NCBI GenBank assembly: GCA_009692465.1 | Contig: SHZD01000004.1 | Coordinates: 9,239 to 73,238, forward strand | Origin: Myxococcales bacterium | Lineage (GTDB): Bacteria; Myxococcota_A; UBA9042 | Length of the DNA: 64,000 bases | Direction: 5' to 3' | Shown: piece by piece, positions 38,649 to 49,003 of the stretch | Position numbering within the stretch: the stretch's first letter is position 1 | Layout: every line of letters starts with the position of its first letter | Made by a program: the position numbers and the translations under genes | Notes under the pieces: generated by a model | Told to the model about the DNA's origin: nothing | The model's input: only the letters and a program-made list of their open reading frames with translations | Databases searched by the model: none

Positions 38649-40448
38649 ATGCCCACGCCCACTTCTCATGCCAAACTGCTTCAATGGGTTGAAGAAATTG
38701 TCACACTGTGCCGCCCAGACGCGGTGCAATGGTGCGACGGCAGCCAAGACGAATACGATCAGATGATTCAACTGGCAGTGGCTGCCGGCTTGGCGACGCC
38801 GCTCGATGCGGCCACCCGGCCCAATAGTTACCTGTTTCGCTCCGACCCCTCCGACGTCGCCCGCGTCGAGAACCGCACCTACATCGCCAGCCGCAACCCT
38901 GAGGATGCCGGGCCAACCAACAACTGGATCGACCCCGAAACTCTCAAAGCCACCATGCGCGGGTTGTATGCCGGTTGCATGGCTGGGCGCACACTGTTTG
39001 TGATTCCGTTTTCGATGGGCCCCGTCGGATCGCCGATTGCCAAGATTGGGGTCGAAATCACCGACAGCCCGTATGTCGTTGTCAATATGCACATCATGAC
39101 CCGCGTCGGCGGCAAGGTGCTGGAAGTCCTTGGCACCGATGGCGAGTTCGTCCCATGCCTGCATTCGGTCGGCAAACCGCTGGCGCCTGGGCAGGCCGAC
39201 AACGGCGTATGGCCGTGCGCTCCACTGGATAGCAAATACATTTCGCATTTTCCCGAAGAACGCATGATTTGGGCCTACGGCTCGGGTTACGGCGGCAATG
39301 CGCTTTTAGGCAAGAAATGTCTAGCCTTGCGCATCGCATCGGCCCAAGCCCGCGACGAAGGGTGGCTGGCCGAGCACATGCTGATTCTCAAGCTGACCAA
39401 CCCGCTGGGCGCGGTGCGCTTTGTAGCGGCGGCGTTTCCCAGTGCGTGCGGCAAGACCAACCTGGCCATGCTGGTGCCCACGATTGCGGGCTGGAAGGTC
39501 GAGACCGTCGGCGATGACATCGCGTGGATGAAGTTCGGCAAAGACGGCCAACTGTATGCGATTAATCCCGAAGCTGGTTTTTTTGGTGTCGCCCCCGGCA
39601 CTTCAAGCAAGTCCAATCCCAACGCCATGAGCGCCATTGCGCGCAACACCATCTTTACCAACGTCGCGCTGACCAGTGCCAACGACATTTGGTGGGAAGG
39701 GATTGGCTACGAGCCGCCGGCCGGCGAAGTGATTGACTGGAAAGGAAAATCATGGGAACGCAAGGAAGTGGCCGCGCACGCCAACGCTCGCTTCACCGCG
39801 CCGGCCCATCAATGCCCGGCGATTGCGGCTGAATGGCAGGACCCAGCAGGGGTGCCGATTAGCGCGATCTTGTTTGGCGGTCGACGTCCAGGCACTGTGC
39901 CGCTGGTGCATCAGGCCCTGTCGTGGCAGCACGGCGTGTTCTTGGGTTCAATCGTCGGCTCTGAAGTCACCGCGGCGGCGCTCGATGTGCAGGCCGGCAC
40001 CGTTCGTCGCGACCCCTTCGCCATGCTGCCGTTCTGTGGGTACAACATGGGCGACTATTTTGCCCATTGGCTGCGCATTGGCGAGACCGCGGGCGCTCAG
40101 TTGCCGCAAATCTTCTTCGTCAATTGGTTTCGCAAGGCGGCCGATGGTCGTTGGCTGTGGCCGGGCTATGGCGAAAACAGCCGCGTGCTGCGTTGGATCT
40201 TTGAACAATGCGAAGGCACAGGCAAATTTGTACTGACACCCCTAGGCATCATGCCGACCGATGACGCTTTGGATGCGCCAGCCTCGGTGTCCGCGGCGGA
40301 CATGGCCGAGCTGCTCAAGGTCGACCGCGAGGGCTGGCTGGCTGAGATTGCCGACGTACGCAGTCGGCATTACCCCAAGTTTGGCGATAAGTTGCCGCCG
40401 GCGCTCCTGCAAGAACTGGATGCGCTGCAGGCGCGTCTCAGTGCTTGA
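38649..40448 (+). CDS. pckG: Phosphoenolpyruvate carboxykinase (GTP)
   Basis: [12 protein letters not shown] kinase-1a motif of GTP-PEPCK; overall length ~600 aa. ggagg SD 5 nt before ATG 38649. The ORF-track start at 38595 is an upstream in-frame extension. Confidence 0.9.
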   Translation: MPTPTSHAKLLQWVEEIVTLCRPDAVQWCDGSQDEYDQMIQLAVAAGLATPLDAATRPNSYLFRSDPSDVARVENRTYIASRNPEDAGPTNNWIDPETLKATMRGLYAGCMAGRTLFVIPFSMGPVGSPIAKIGVEITDSPYVVVNMHIMTRVGGKVLEVLGTDGEFVPCLHSVGKPLAPGQADNGVWPCAPLDSKYISHFPEERMIWAYGSGYGGNALLGKKCLALRIASAQARDEGWLAEHMLILKLTNPLGAVRFVAAAFPSACGKTNLAMLVPTIAGWKVETVGDDIAWMKFGKDGQLYAINPEAGFFGVAPGTSSKSNPNAMSAIARNTIFTNVALTSANDIWWEGIGYEPPAGEVIDWKGKSWERKEVAAHANARFTAPAHQCPAIAAEWQDPAGVPISAILFGGRRPGTVPLVHQALSWQHGVFLGSIVGSEVTAAALDVQAGTVRRDPFAMLPFCGYNMGDYFAHWLRIGETAGAQLPQIFFVNWFRKAADGRWLWPGYGENSRVLRWIFEQCEGTGKFVLTPLGIMPTDDALDAPASVSAADMAELLKVDREGWLAEIADVRSRHYPKFGDKLPPALLQELDALQARLSA

Positions 40449-40490
40449 TTTTGCAGCGAGGTCAGTGCTTGATTTTGCAGCGAGGTAGGA

Positions 40491-41384
40491 ATGGTTCGCA
40501 TTGTAGCATCGCTGGTCAGCTGGGTGGTGTTGACGGCCGCCGCCGGAGCCCCTGCCGGTGGTGTAGCCGCGCCTTCCGCAAATGGCCGGTTACCGGTGGC
40601 TGGATCGCTCGCGCAAGCGGCGGCACCGTCACTGCCTGCGCCGTCACAGGTAGCGCCCGCCCAACCAGCACCGGCTACCGTAGCGGCTGACGCTCCCGCA
40701 GCGATCAGTCCGGCCACGGCGGTCTCACCTACTTACGCTGACATCATGGCTACCGGCGAAAAACCCAAAGGTTTTGCGTATAACCTGATGAACGGCTCAG
40801 TCGTCGCCGAACTGAATGAGTCGTACCTGTACATCAAATCCAGCCCGCAATCGAAAATCTCGGTTACGGTACCTGTCCCCAAAAACCGTGAGTTTTTCAA
40901 CAAGTGTATCACTGGCGGCACCTTTGAAGACCTGGTGCACGGAGCGGTGGTCAACGTCAAATACGATCCCGCCGGCAACGTCCGACCTGTCATTGAAATT
41001 GTTGAAAAAGTCGTGGTTGAAGTCTATGAAGATGCACGCATTTTGGACCGCGGAGGCAAACGCATCTACATTCGCGCCGCTGACGGCCGTGAAAAGGGCT
41101 TTGAACTCGACGGTGGGCCAGCGGCATGGGACCAAGTCATCGAGGGCGCCAAGTTCGCGGATCTAGTGCCGGGCTCCATTGTCCGGGTGGAACACGATCC
41201 GGGCGGCCGCACCGCTATCCGCATCATTTTTAAGCGCAAGCCCGCTGACCTCAACGCCGACGGCAGCAAGAAATCCAGCGGTCGCGGCTGTGGCTGCGAT
41301 GTGCGGGCAAAAGCGCCTCTGGGTGGTGGCGAAGTGGGCCTAGCGCTACTTGTGCTCGCCCTGTGGGTCAGTCGCCGCCGGTAG
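40491..41384 (+). CDS. Secreted tandem-domain protein with MYXO-CTERM-like C-terminal sorting tail
   Basis: Signal peptide (MVRIVASLVSWVVLTAAAGAP); two related ~90-aa domains; C-terminus GCGCDVRAKAPLGGGEVGLALLVLALWVSRRR (GCGC motif + TM + Arg cluster). Confidence 0.6.
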   Translation: MVRIVASLVSWVVLTAAAGAPAGGVAAPSANGRLPVAGSLAQAAAPSLPAPSQVAPAQPAPATVAADAPAAISPATAVSPTYADIMATGEKPKGFAYNLMNGSVVAELNESYLYIKSSPQSKISVTVPVPKNREFFNKCITGGTFEDLVHGAVVNVKYDPAGNVRPVIEIVEKVVVEVYEDARILDRGGKRIYIRAADGREKGFELDGGPAAWDQVIEGAKFADLVPGSIVRVEHDPGGRTAIRIIFKRKPADLNADGSKKSSGRGCGCDVRAKAPLGGGEVGLALLVLALWVSRRR

Positions 41385-41428
41385 CCGAACCGCTGCGGTC
41401 GGTGTAGCATTGTCGGCCTGGGGGGCGT

Positions 41429-42487
41429 ATGATGTCGCAGGATCGCCAGTTTGAACAGCTAGTTACCACTATCGCCGATCGGGTAAAGGCCGAACTGGCC
41501 AAGCAGCGCCACACCTCGCTGGGCGTAGCGGCGCGCAGTTCCAGCGGCAGCGCGGACCGAGGCCACGGGCATTCGGCCGGTAGTGGTCCCGGTCCCAGCG
41601 GCTCCAGTCACGAGGCTGGCCATGGCCATGCCCACGGGCCGAGCACTCCGTGCAAAGCGGGCAAAGGCGAATGCACCGGTTGCGGTTGGTCGATCTCGCG
41701 CCGTCCCGACGATGTGGCCAAAATCATTGAACTGGGAGCCCAACGGGTGTCGGCTGCACCCGGCATGGACGGCGCCGGACTGCGGCAGGATTTGGCCCGC
41801 TACATTGACCACACCTTGCTCAAGGCCAATGCCAGTCGCGACGAGTTCAAAAAACTGTGCGAAGAGGCCCGCAAGTTCAAGTTTGCCTCCGTGTGCGTCA
41901 ATGCGGCTAATGTCGCTTACTGCGCCCGCGAATTGCGCGGCTCAGGGGTGCCGGTCGTGGCGGTAGTCGGTTTTCCACTGGGTGCGACCACCCCGGCCGC
42001 TAAGGCCTTTGAAACACGCGAGGCCGTTCGCGATGGCGCCGAAGAAATCGACATGGTCATCAATATTGGCGCGCTCAAGTCCAAGGATTATGGGCTGGTG
42101 CTGGCCGATATCCAAGCCGTCGTCGGTGCTAGCGGTGGCAAAAAAGTCAAAGTCATTTTGGAAACGGGCGAACTAACCCGCGAAGAAAAGGTCATCTCCT
42201 GCGCTCTATCAAAGGTTGCCGGGGCGGCGTTTGTTAAGACGTCGACCGGTTTTGGCCCAGGCGGGGCGACCGCCGAGGACGTCGCCTTGATGAAAGCGGT
42301 GGTCGGCGACGAACTGGAAGTCAAAGCTTCTGGGGGCATGCGCACTTCGGAGGATGTCGACAAGATGCTGCAGGCGGGCGCGACCCGCATCGGCGCCAGT
42401 GCTTCGGTGGCAATTGTGCGCGGGGCCACTGCGGCCGCCGCCAAGAAACCCGAAGCTGGGGCGGTGCGGCGAGTCGGCGGCTACTAG
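41429..42487 (+). CDS. deoC: Deoxyribose-phosphate aldolase with His/Gly/Cys-rich N-terminal extension (alternative start at 41765 gives a canonical 240-aa DeoC)
   Basis: [16 protein letters not shown]...ASVCVN...VVGFPLGA...VKTSTGF DeoC class I motifs. Upstream in-frame 112 aa contain [25 protein letters not shown] and [12 protein letters not shown]. Confidence 0.85.
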   Translation: MMSQDRQFEQLVTTIADRVKAELAKQRHTSLGVAARSSSGSADRGHGHSAGSGPGPSGSSHEAGHGHAHGPSTPCKAGKGECTGCGWSISRRPDDVAKIIELGAQRVSAAPGMDGAGLRQDLARYIDHTLLKANASRDEFKKLCEEARKFKFASVCVNAANVAYCARELRGSGVPVVAVVGFPLGATTPAAKAFETREAVRDGAEEIDMVINIGALKSKDYGLVLADIQAVVGASGGKKVKVILETGELTREEKVISCALSKVAGAAFVKTSTGFGPGGATAEDVALMKAVVGDELEVKASGGMRTSEDVDKMLQAGATRIGASASVAIVRGATAAAAKKPEAGAVRRVGGY

Positions 42488-42505
42488 CGAATTGGCCGGC
42501 CACTA

Positions 42506-42712
42506 GGAGCGTGTCGGAGTATTCCGACTCGCTCCTAGCGCCGTGTGGCTAGACGGCGGCAACTGTCCGAAACTGCACGGATTCACTCCGGGCAGTTCTC
42601 GGACAGTTGAGAATACTTGACTGGCTAGGAGCCTGGCAGATCGTAATAGATTCATTATGTATAACCTGATAGACATTTCACAACCGATTGATTTCCGACA
42701 GGCTCCTAGCTG
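42506..42712. mobile_element. Family A MITE/REP-like element, copy 3
   Basis: ~95% identical to copy 1, same orientation, 19 nt after the deoC stop. Confidence 0.8.
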
Positions 42713-42838
42713 AATTGCCGCCAACTAGCCGAATTGTCGGCTCACTGCGCCAGCGCAGGTCTGCCTCGGCTATCCGACCCTTGATTGACAGTCGCTGGTG
42801 CGTCGACCCACCTCATCGCTGCTCGGGAGTTGACCGCC

Positions 42839-44902
42839 ATGGTATTTTTGCGAGAAATTCGATGTGCGATCGCGGTGTTGGCGATCGTCGGCTGCCAAGC
42901 GCAATCGGTCCCGATCGCGGCTGACGCCAGCGCCAGTTCAGATGTCGTTTCGGCAAAACCGTTTGATCCCAAAACAAAAGTCTATGCCGCCGATCTCGTC
43001 ACCGGCGCAACCGCTCGCTACGATTTGAGCGCCAAGGATTGGCATGGCCTACCGTGGCCAACGGACCAACGCCGCGCTGCCGATGGAACCCTCGATCTTT
43101 CTGGGTTTCCACCGGTACGCGACGGCGAAATGCTCAGCCTTCTCAAGCAGTATCTCAGCTTTGGCCAAGCTGAACTGCGCGGGTTTTCGATTCAACCGAC
43201 ACTGTACGTGCAGTTTGACGCGGCACTGTCGAGCAAGTCTCTGGTAGGTCCGCTGGCTTCGGCCAAAGCCGATTCACCCTATCTGGTGGTGGATATCGAC
43301 GACGGCAGCCCGAATTACGGTCAAGCGCGCGAGGTACATGCGGCGCTGTCGCCCGAAAAGCGCGGCCAGTACTTGTACCCGAACATGCTGATGTTGCAGC
43401 CAGTTTGGGGTCGGCCACTGCGGCCGCAGACGGTGTACGCCTTGGTGGTGCGCCGGGCGTTGCTGGACAACACTGGCAAGATTCTGGGTCAACCCAAAGT
43501 ATTGAAAGACATTTTTTCAGCCTGGGCGGCCGGCGCCCAACCTACTGACCCAGCGACAGCCAAGTACGCGGCAACGCTGCTGCCTTTGCACAAAGCGGTG
43601 GGGGCCGGCAAAGTGGCGGTGCCGTACGACGATATGGCGGCGGTGTCGGTGTTTTCTACCGGCAATCCGACCAGTCAGCTGCGCAGTATGGCCCAATGGA
43701 TGCGCACCGTCTGGAAGCCCGATGCCGCCAAGGATTGGAAGGTCGCCAAGAAGACAACCAAGTTCTGGCTTTTAGAGGCTAATTATCACTCACCCAATTT
43801 CCAAAATGGCATTTGCCCGTATGCCCAAGACGGCAGTGGTGGGTTCGCCTTCGATGCACAGGGCAACCCCAAAGTGGCCAAGGAAGAAACCTTGCGTGTC
43901 TCGGTGCTGGTGCCGATCGATCGCAGTGGCGACGTCGGTGGCAACACACCCGTCGTGATGTCCGCGCACGGCACCGGCGGCGATTGGCAGTCGTACATCA
44001 ACGGTGGCAAGTACAAGATTTCAGACCAATTGGGCACTTCGGGCCTGGCGATTGTCAGCATCGACCAGCCGATGCATGGGCCGCGCTGCGATCCGCCGCT
44101 TGTGGACAACCAGTTGGATGCGCAGACCTTTAACTTTATCAACATCACCTCGGGTCGCAGTGGTTTTCGCCAGTCAGCGTTGGATTCGGTGGCGATGGCG
44201 CGGATGATTCGTGAGGGATTGCTCAATGTTCCCGCTGACTTCACTCCCGATGCCAAGCCGTTGCATCTGGACCCGCAGCGCGTAGCCTTCATCGGCCACA
44301 GTCAAGGCGGCTTGTCGGGCGCACTGCTGGCGGCCATTGAACCCAATATCGCCACTTTTGTGCTGTCCGGTGCCGGCGCGGGCATCGCGCTGACGGTGGT
44401 GCAACGCAAAGATCCTGTTGATATTTCCGCGTTGGTCACCACGTTTTTGGCGATGGATCCTGGTGAGATTTCACAGTTTCATCCGGCGGTGTCGCTAGTG
44501 CAGGCGCTGGCCGATGCCACCGATCCGTTGGCCTACGGCCACTTGATGTTCAGCCGCGAACCGGGCATCAAGCCGCCCAATATCTTGTTAACCGAAGGCT
44601 TATTGGACAAAGCCACTCCGGCGGACACCTCCGAGGCGCTGGCGGCGGCGATTGGCCTTGATGTTTTGGCGCCCAAAGTGCACCTCAATGACGCACTGCT
44701 GGCCAACAAGGCGGCGGTGCTGTTTTCGCCAGTTCAGGACAACCTGAAACACAATGGCTTTGCTGTCACGGGTCTGGTCTCGCAATGGGAAAAGCTGGAC
44801 CATTTCGCCATCTTTACCACCAAAAGCGTCGCAGAACTGTATACGGGCTTCTTGCTCAGCGCGTCGCAAACCGGTGTGTCGACGGCGATTGTGACCAATT
44901 GA
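42839..44902 (+). CDS. Secreted alpha/beta-hydrolase (lipase/esterase-like) lipoprotein
   Basis: Start placed at MVFLREIRCAIAVLAIVGCQA (lipoprotein-type signal). GHSQGG nucleophile elbow (GxSxG) in the C-terminal half. Confidence 0.55.
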   Translation: MVFLREIRCAIAVLAIVGCQAQSVPIAADASASSDVVSAKPFDPKTKVYAADLVTGATARYDLSAKDWHGLPWPTDQRRAADGTLDLSGFPPVRDGEMLSLLKQYLSFGQAELRGFSIQPTLYVQFDAALSSKSLVGPLASAKADSPYLVVDIDDGSPNYGQAREVHAALSPEKRGQYLYPNMLMLQPVWGRPLRPQTVYALVVRRALLDNTGKILGQPKVLKDIFSAWAAGAQPTDPATAKYAATLLPLHKAVGAGKVAVPYDDMAAVSVFSTGNPTSQLRSMAQWMRTVWKPDAAKDWKVAKKTTKFWLLEANYHSPNFQNGICPYAQDGSGGFAFDAQGNPKVAKEETLRVSVLVPIDRSGDVGGNTPVVMSAHGTGGDWQSYINGGKYKISDQLGTSGLAIVSIDQPMHGPRCDPPLVDNQLDAQTFNFINITSGRSGFRQSALDSVAMARMIREGLLNVPADFTPDAKPLHLDPQRVAFIGHSQGGLSGALLAAIEPNIATFVLSGAGAGIALTVVQRKDPVDISALVTTFLAMDPGEISQFHPAVSLVQALADATDPLAYGHLMFSREPGIKPPNILLTEGLLDKATPADTSEALAAAIGLDVLAPKVHLNDALLANKAAVLFSPVQDNLKHNGFAVTGLVSQWEKLDHFAIFTTKSVAELYTGFLLSASQTGVSTAIVTN

Positions 44903-44904
44903 CC

Positions 44905-45696
44905 TTGGTAAACGGCCCAATCGACGGTGGCCCAAACGTCAAGCTACTGATCATAAATCTGAATTTGAGTAGTGATGAACGCGGTGGCTGTGAGGCGATT
45001 GCCCGTGCGCTGGCGGTTTTGCGTCCGGAGGCGTCGATCGACATCGTGAATTACGCAGACGTGCAACAGCGCGCCGACGTGCAACAGGGCACCGACGTGC
45101 AACAGGGCACCGACGTGCAACAGGGCGCCGACGTGCAACAGGGCGCCGACGTGCAACAGGGCGTCTGCAACCTTTCTGCCATCGACGGCGTAATTCTGGG
45201 ACCGCAGGGAACTCCCTTTTCGCAGTACCCGCCCGAGTTTTTGCCGTGGCTGGCGGAGTGGACGCAAGCGCTGCCGTGCCCGATCTTGGCCATTTGCGGG
45301 GGGATGCAGGCGCTGGCGCTGGCCCTAGGCGGGCACCTAGAGGCCGTAGACGGTAGTGGTCCGATTGCCGGCCCCAACTACGCTGGTCGGGCCAAAATCA
45401 CCGGCCTAGTGGCCATTGCAATCGACGCCAACACCCTTCCCGCCTGGTTGCTGGCGGGATGGCAAGGCCCAATCGACGGTGAACCGTGCATGCAAAGCCA
45501 TTGCGAGCAAATCGGCCGCCTGCCGCCGCCGCTGCAGTCGATCGCCCACAGCGCGGCGACCCCCGTTGAGGCCTTCGTCCATCCGCACCGACGATGGCTG
45601 GGTTGCCAATTTCATCCTGAGCGCGGATGGGATGCGGGCGGTTCTGCGGGAAAACTGTGGCTGCGGGCGTGGTTGGCCACTGTCGGCCACCGGTGA
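44905..45696 (+). CDS. Class I glutamine amidotransferase-like protein (gamma-glutamyl hydrolase/PuuD-like), with in-frame (ADVQQG)n repeat
   Basis: ILAICGGMQALALALGG nucleophile Cys motif and QFHPE. Start uncertain (TTG 44905 in frame); an 18-bp x 7 repeat lies within the N-terminal region. Confidence 0.55.
   Translation: MVNGPIDGGPNVKLLIINLNLSSDERGGCEAIARALAVLRPEASIDIVNYADVQQRADVQQGTDVQQGTDVQQGADVQQGADVQQGVCNLSAIDGVILGPQGTPFSQYPPEFLPWLAEWTQALPCPILAICGGMQALALALGGHLEAVDGSGPIAGPNYAGRAKITGLVAIAIDANTLPAWLLAGWQGPIDGEPCMQSHCEQIGRLPPPLQSIAHSAATPVEAFVHPHRRWLGCQFHPERGWDAGGSAGKLWLRAWLATVGHR
45052..45175. repeat. 18-bp tandem repeat (gacgtgcaacagggcgcc x ~7)
   Basis: Direct tandem repetition within the 5' part of the GATase-like ORF. 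Confidence 0.85.
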
Positions 45697-45708
45697 ACGG
45701 CCGCGGCG

Positions 45709-47895
45709 TCAGCGGGCCAAGAACACCGATTTGACGTCTTCGGCCAGTTCTTTGGCCGTGCTGTAGCGGTCTTTTGGCTTTTTCGCCATCGCTTTTTGGA
45801 CGATGTGCAGCGCCTTTTCGTCCAGCTTGCTATTGAACTTGCGCGGATCGGGCACCGGCTCGACGGCATGGGCGACAAAGATATTGCCCTCTGAAAATGG
45901 CAGGTAACCGGTGAACATCCGAAACACGACGACGCCAAGCGCATACAGGTCGGCCCGGTGGTCGACATTGGAGCCGTCCATCTGCTCGGGCGCCATGTAG
46001 TACGGGGTTCCAGCCAGCACCGACAGTTCGCCAAAACCCTCGTCGCGGACGCGGGCAAGGCCAAAGTCGAGCAACTTGACCATGCCGTCGTCGGCCACCA
46101 GCACGTTGTCGGGCTTGATGTCGCGATGGACTAGGCCGGCGCCATGGGCACAATCCAGCGCGGCGGCAAACTGGTCCAAGATGTTGCACATCCATTTGGG
46201 GTCTTCGACCGGTTGGCCAAAACTGAGGTAGGTCGTCAGCGACTTGCCACTGACAAACTCCATCGCATACCACAGCACGCCATCGGTTTCGCCCATGTCG
46301 TAAATGTGCACGACGTTAGAATGGTTAAGCTGGGCCGCCAGTTTGACTTCGCGCAAGAAGTACTTGCGCTGCATGTCGGTGGGCATCGAACCCTCGAGCA
46401 TGAATTTGAGCACGACTTGCCGACCCAATAGCTTGTCAGTCGCCTTGTAGACGATGCCGTTGCCACCCTGCCCCAGTCGCTCTAAGGCACCATAACGATT
46501 GGATAATGCCGCAGGGACCCCGTTTGGCCAATTGCCGTCACCGCCGCCGCCAAAGTCGCCCAAAGTGTTTTCGCCAACGGATTCGGTAGACACCTGATCA
46601 CTAATGCGACGTTGGGCTATAGCCGGTTCCGATTTCGCGCGGAGGCTCGAGGCAGGTCGGGGTGGCGCAATTGCGGGCGCCGGCAGTTTGGCGTCGACGT
46701 CCTTGAGATGGATTGCCAATTCGGAGGCGGGCTGCGCCAGAGGTTGCAAGCGCTCGATAAGTTGGCGGGCACGGACAACGTCGCCCACTTCAATCAGTAG
46801 GTCCAACGCCTTGCGGCCATGGGCAATTCGATCGGCTTCGGCCAACGGAGCGTGCACCAGAGCCGCCAGCGTGCGCCCAGCCGTGGCCTTGTCGCCTTTT
46901 TCCAGCGCCAAACGCGCGGCCAGCACCGACATTTCGACGTACGCTGCCTCAGAAGGCCCAACTGACAGCGCGACACGCAGCGCTTCATCGACTTGTCCCA
47001 TCGCAGTCCGCAGTTTGACTACGGTCAGTTTGTCGCCTTCCATGGTCAAGCAGTGGATGGCCCGATCGGCATTGCCCACTTTTTGATGGTTTAGGGCGGC
47101 TTTGCGGTATAACCCAATGCCTTCAAACAATTGCGCAGCTTCGCTGTAGCCTTGGGCTTGCACGTAACGGTCCGCCGCCTCCTCGACGCGCCCGAGCTTG
47201 ACCAGCGCGGCGGCCGAACCGGCGACGTCGCCCGCATGTTCCAGACACCCCAGCACTCGCGCCCAATCGCCGGCAACTTGCCACTGTTCGGCGGCTGGCC
47301 TCCATTGTTGTTCGACTTCTAACAAGGCCGCCTGCAGTTTAGCCGCGACTTGGGGCTTGCCCATGCGCCGCAACAGCCCGATCGCTTTGTCATTTTGGCC
47401 GACACGTTGATACAATTCGGCAGCCAATGCCAAGTCGTTGGTCTGTTCAGCCAGTTCGGCGGCACCCGCCCAGTCCTTGGCCATTTGCAACATGCGCAAC
47501 TGAGCCGATTGATTGCCCAGTCGCTTGTAGCAAGCGGCGGCGCCGGCGAATTCCTTGGCCTGCTCAAACAAGTCCGCGGCGCGGTCCAGTATTTTGGCTT
47601 GACGATAGGAGCGCGCGGCATCGCCTAAGCGTCCCAGCCGCTCAAAGAGACGGGCAGCCTGCTCGTGGTCGCCACTCTCAGTAGCCAACCGGGCGGCGAG
47701 GGCCACGTCGCCTCTGGCCAGAGCGGCCTGAACGTCGCTGCCAGGCTTGGCCTTCTCGGCCGCCTCGGCGCTGAACTTGGTCATCATCCGGTGGATGGCC
47801 CACGTGCCAACGACGACGACTATTGCCAGTAGCGAATAGCTGAATAGTCGTGGGTCGGACGTGTCCATGCTGCACCCGCCCCGCTTGAGGCCCAC
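45709..47895 (-). CDS. Hanks-type Ser/Thr protein kinase with N-terminal TM segment and TPR array (kinase domain C-terminal)
   Basis: C-terminal RYGALERLGQGGNGIVYKA (Gly loop), VVLKFM (VAIK-like), HRDIKPDNVLV, DFGLAR, APE. N-terminal LLAIVVVVGTWAI TM followed by multiple TPR-like repeats. Confidence 0.8.
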   Translation of the reverse strand: MGLKRGGCSMDTSDPRLFSYSLLAIVVVVGTWAIHRMMTKFSAEAAEKAKPGSDVQAALARGDVALAARLATESGDHEQAARLFERLGRLGDAARSYRQAKILDRAADLFEQAKEFAGAAACYKRLGNQSAQLRMLQMAKDWAGAAELAEQTNDLALAAELYQRVGQNDKAIGLLRRMGKPQVAAKLQAALLEVEQQWRPAAEQWQVAGDWARVLGCLEHAGDVAGSAAALVKLGRVEEAADRYVQAQGYSEAAQLFEGIGLYRKAALNHQKVGNADRAIHCLTMEGDKLTVVKLRTAMGQVDEALRVALSVGPSEAAYVEMSVLAARLALEKGDKATAGRTLAALVHAPLAEADRIAHGRKALDLLIEVGDVVRARQLIERLQPLAQPASELAIHLKDVDAKLPAPAIAPPRPASSLRAKSEPAIAQRRISDQVSTESVGENTLGDFGGGGDGNWPNGVPAALSNRYGALERLGQGGNGIVYKATDKLLGRQVVLKFMLEGSMPTDMQRKYFLREVKLAAQLNHSNVVHIYDMGETDGVLWYAMEFVSGKSLTTYLSFGQPVEDPKWMCNILDQFAAALDCAHGAGLVHRDIKPDNVLVADDGMVKLLDFGLARVRDEGFGELSVLAGTPYYMAPEQMDGSNVDHRADLYALGVVVFRMFTGYLPFSEGNIFVAHAVEPVPDPRKFNSKLDEKALHIVQKAMAKKPKDRYSTAKELAEDVKSVFLAR

Positions 47896-48347
47896 GGCAT
47901 CCTAACCGATCCTCAGTTTGCGGCAACGGTGGCCCATCCGACGTCGCAGGTGACGTCGAATCGGCGCAAAATGGGTCGGGCGAGTCGAGCGGGACGGTGG
48001 ACAAGGCCCGTTGGGTATCACGCAGGGGGACCTGAGCCGCGCTATACTCGATCGCCCAAGTCCGGCACCATGTGCCGGATCGGCGATCTCGTGCTTGCTG
48101 GGTGGGTCGCCAAGCTCGCGTCTGCTGTGCAGCCGACTCGCGGCTCCGATCCAAGGTTGATCTCGAAATTGGGAGACTGTGTATAGAAACAGCGATTTGC
48201 GCCAACTTGTGGCGCGTGCGGGCCGCCCGAAGGGCCTGTATTGGCTTGATCAAAGTGCTCACGATTTGGCACTAGATCAACTGTCGCCGGGCCGAGATCA
48301 GTTGCTGACCGGCCGATCAGGTGCGGTTTGATCGGCTCGCGATCGGT

Positions 48348-48863
48348 TTAGCGACAGACGATCAACACCTTGTAACCCTGTTCAAATAAGCACTTGGCCT
48401 TGCCGCCCGTGGTTGACTCGACGATGCCGTAGCCAAAAGTCGCGTGATCGACGAGTTGACCGGCGTGCGGTTGCAGCGAAGCGGCATACGACGTCGCATG
48501 GGCGCGATCTAGGACGGCCATTTTGCGCTGCCACAACGACTTGGCTGCACGCAATTCTGGTGATTCAACAGGGGGCTTGGACGTTCGCGCAGGAGTTGCT
48601 CCGGCGGCCTTGGTGGTGCCTTTGGTCGCCGATTTGGCGGCAGCCTTAGTGGCGGCTTTGGGAGCGGCGGCCGCGACTTCGGTGGTGGTCTTGTACTTGT
48701 GGGTGCCCACGCAGGTCTTGCAGCGCACCTGAACGATCTGGGTGCCAACCATTGCGACGATGACATGTTCCATGGCTTGCGCGCACTTGGAGCACCACGC
48801 TTCGACGTCGCGGCCGACCGCGGGTTGGGCGGCATCTAAGGCGCGGCGATGTAATCCAGTCAT
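48348..48863 (-). CDS. Small zinc-ribbon protein with Lys/Ala-rich (histone H1-like) linker, unknown function (start approximate)
   Basis: CSKC...CKTC Cys4 ribbon; AAAPKAATKAAAKSATKGTTKAAGA segment; conserved-looking C-terminal domain. Confidence 0.35.
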   Translation of the reverse strand: MTGLHRRALDAAQPAVGRDVEAWCSKCAQAMEHVIVAMVGTQIVQVRCKTCVGTHKYKTTTEVAAAAPKAATKAAAKSATKGTTKAAGATPARTSKPPVESPELRAAKSLWQRKMAVLDRAHATSYAASLQPHAGQLVDHATFGYGIVESTTGGKAKCLFEQGYKVLIVCR

Positions 48864-49003
48864 ACCGTAATCCGTAGTCGGCGAATTGCCGCGGCGGTGA
48901 TCGTAGTCGGGAGAAGGCGGTACGGCAAGGCACTTGTGCAAAAAGAATCGTGAGGCTACACATGTCGCGCTTCGGCAATCGTTAGGCGGAGCAGGACAAA
49001 AGG

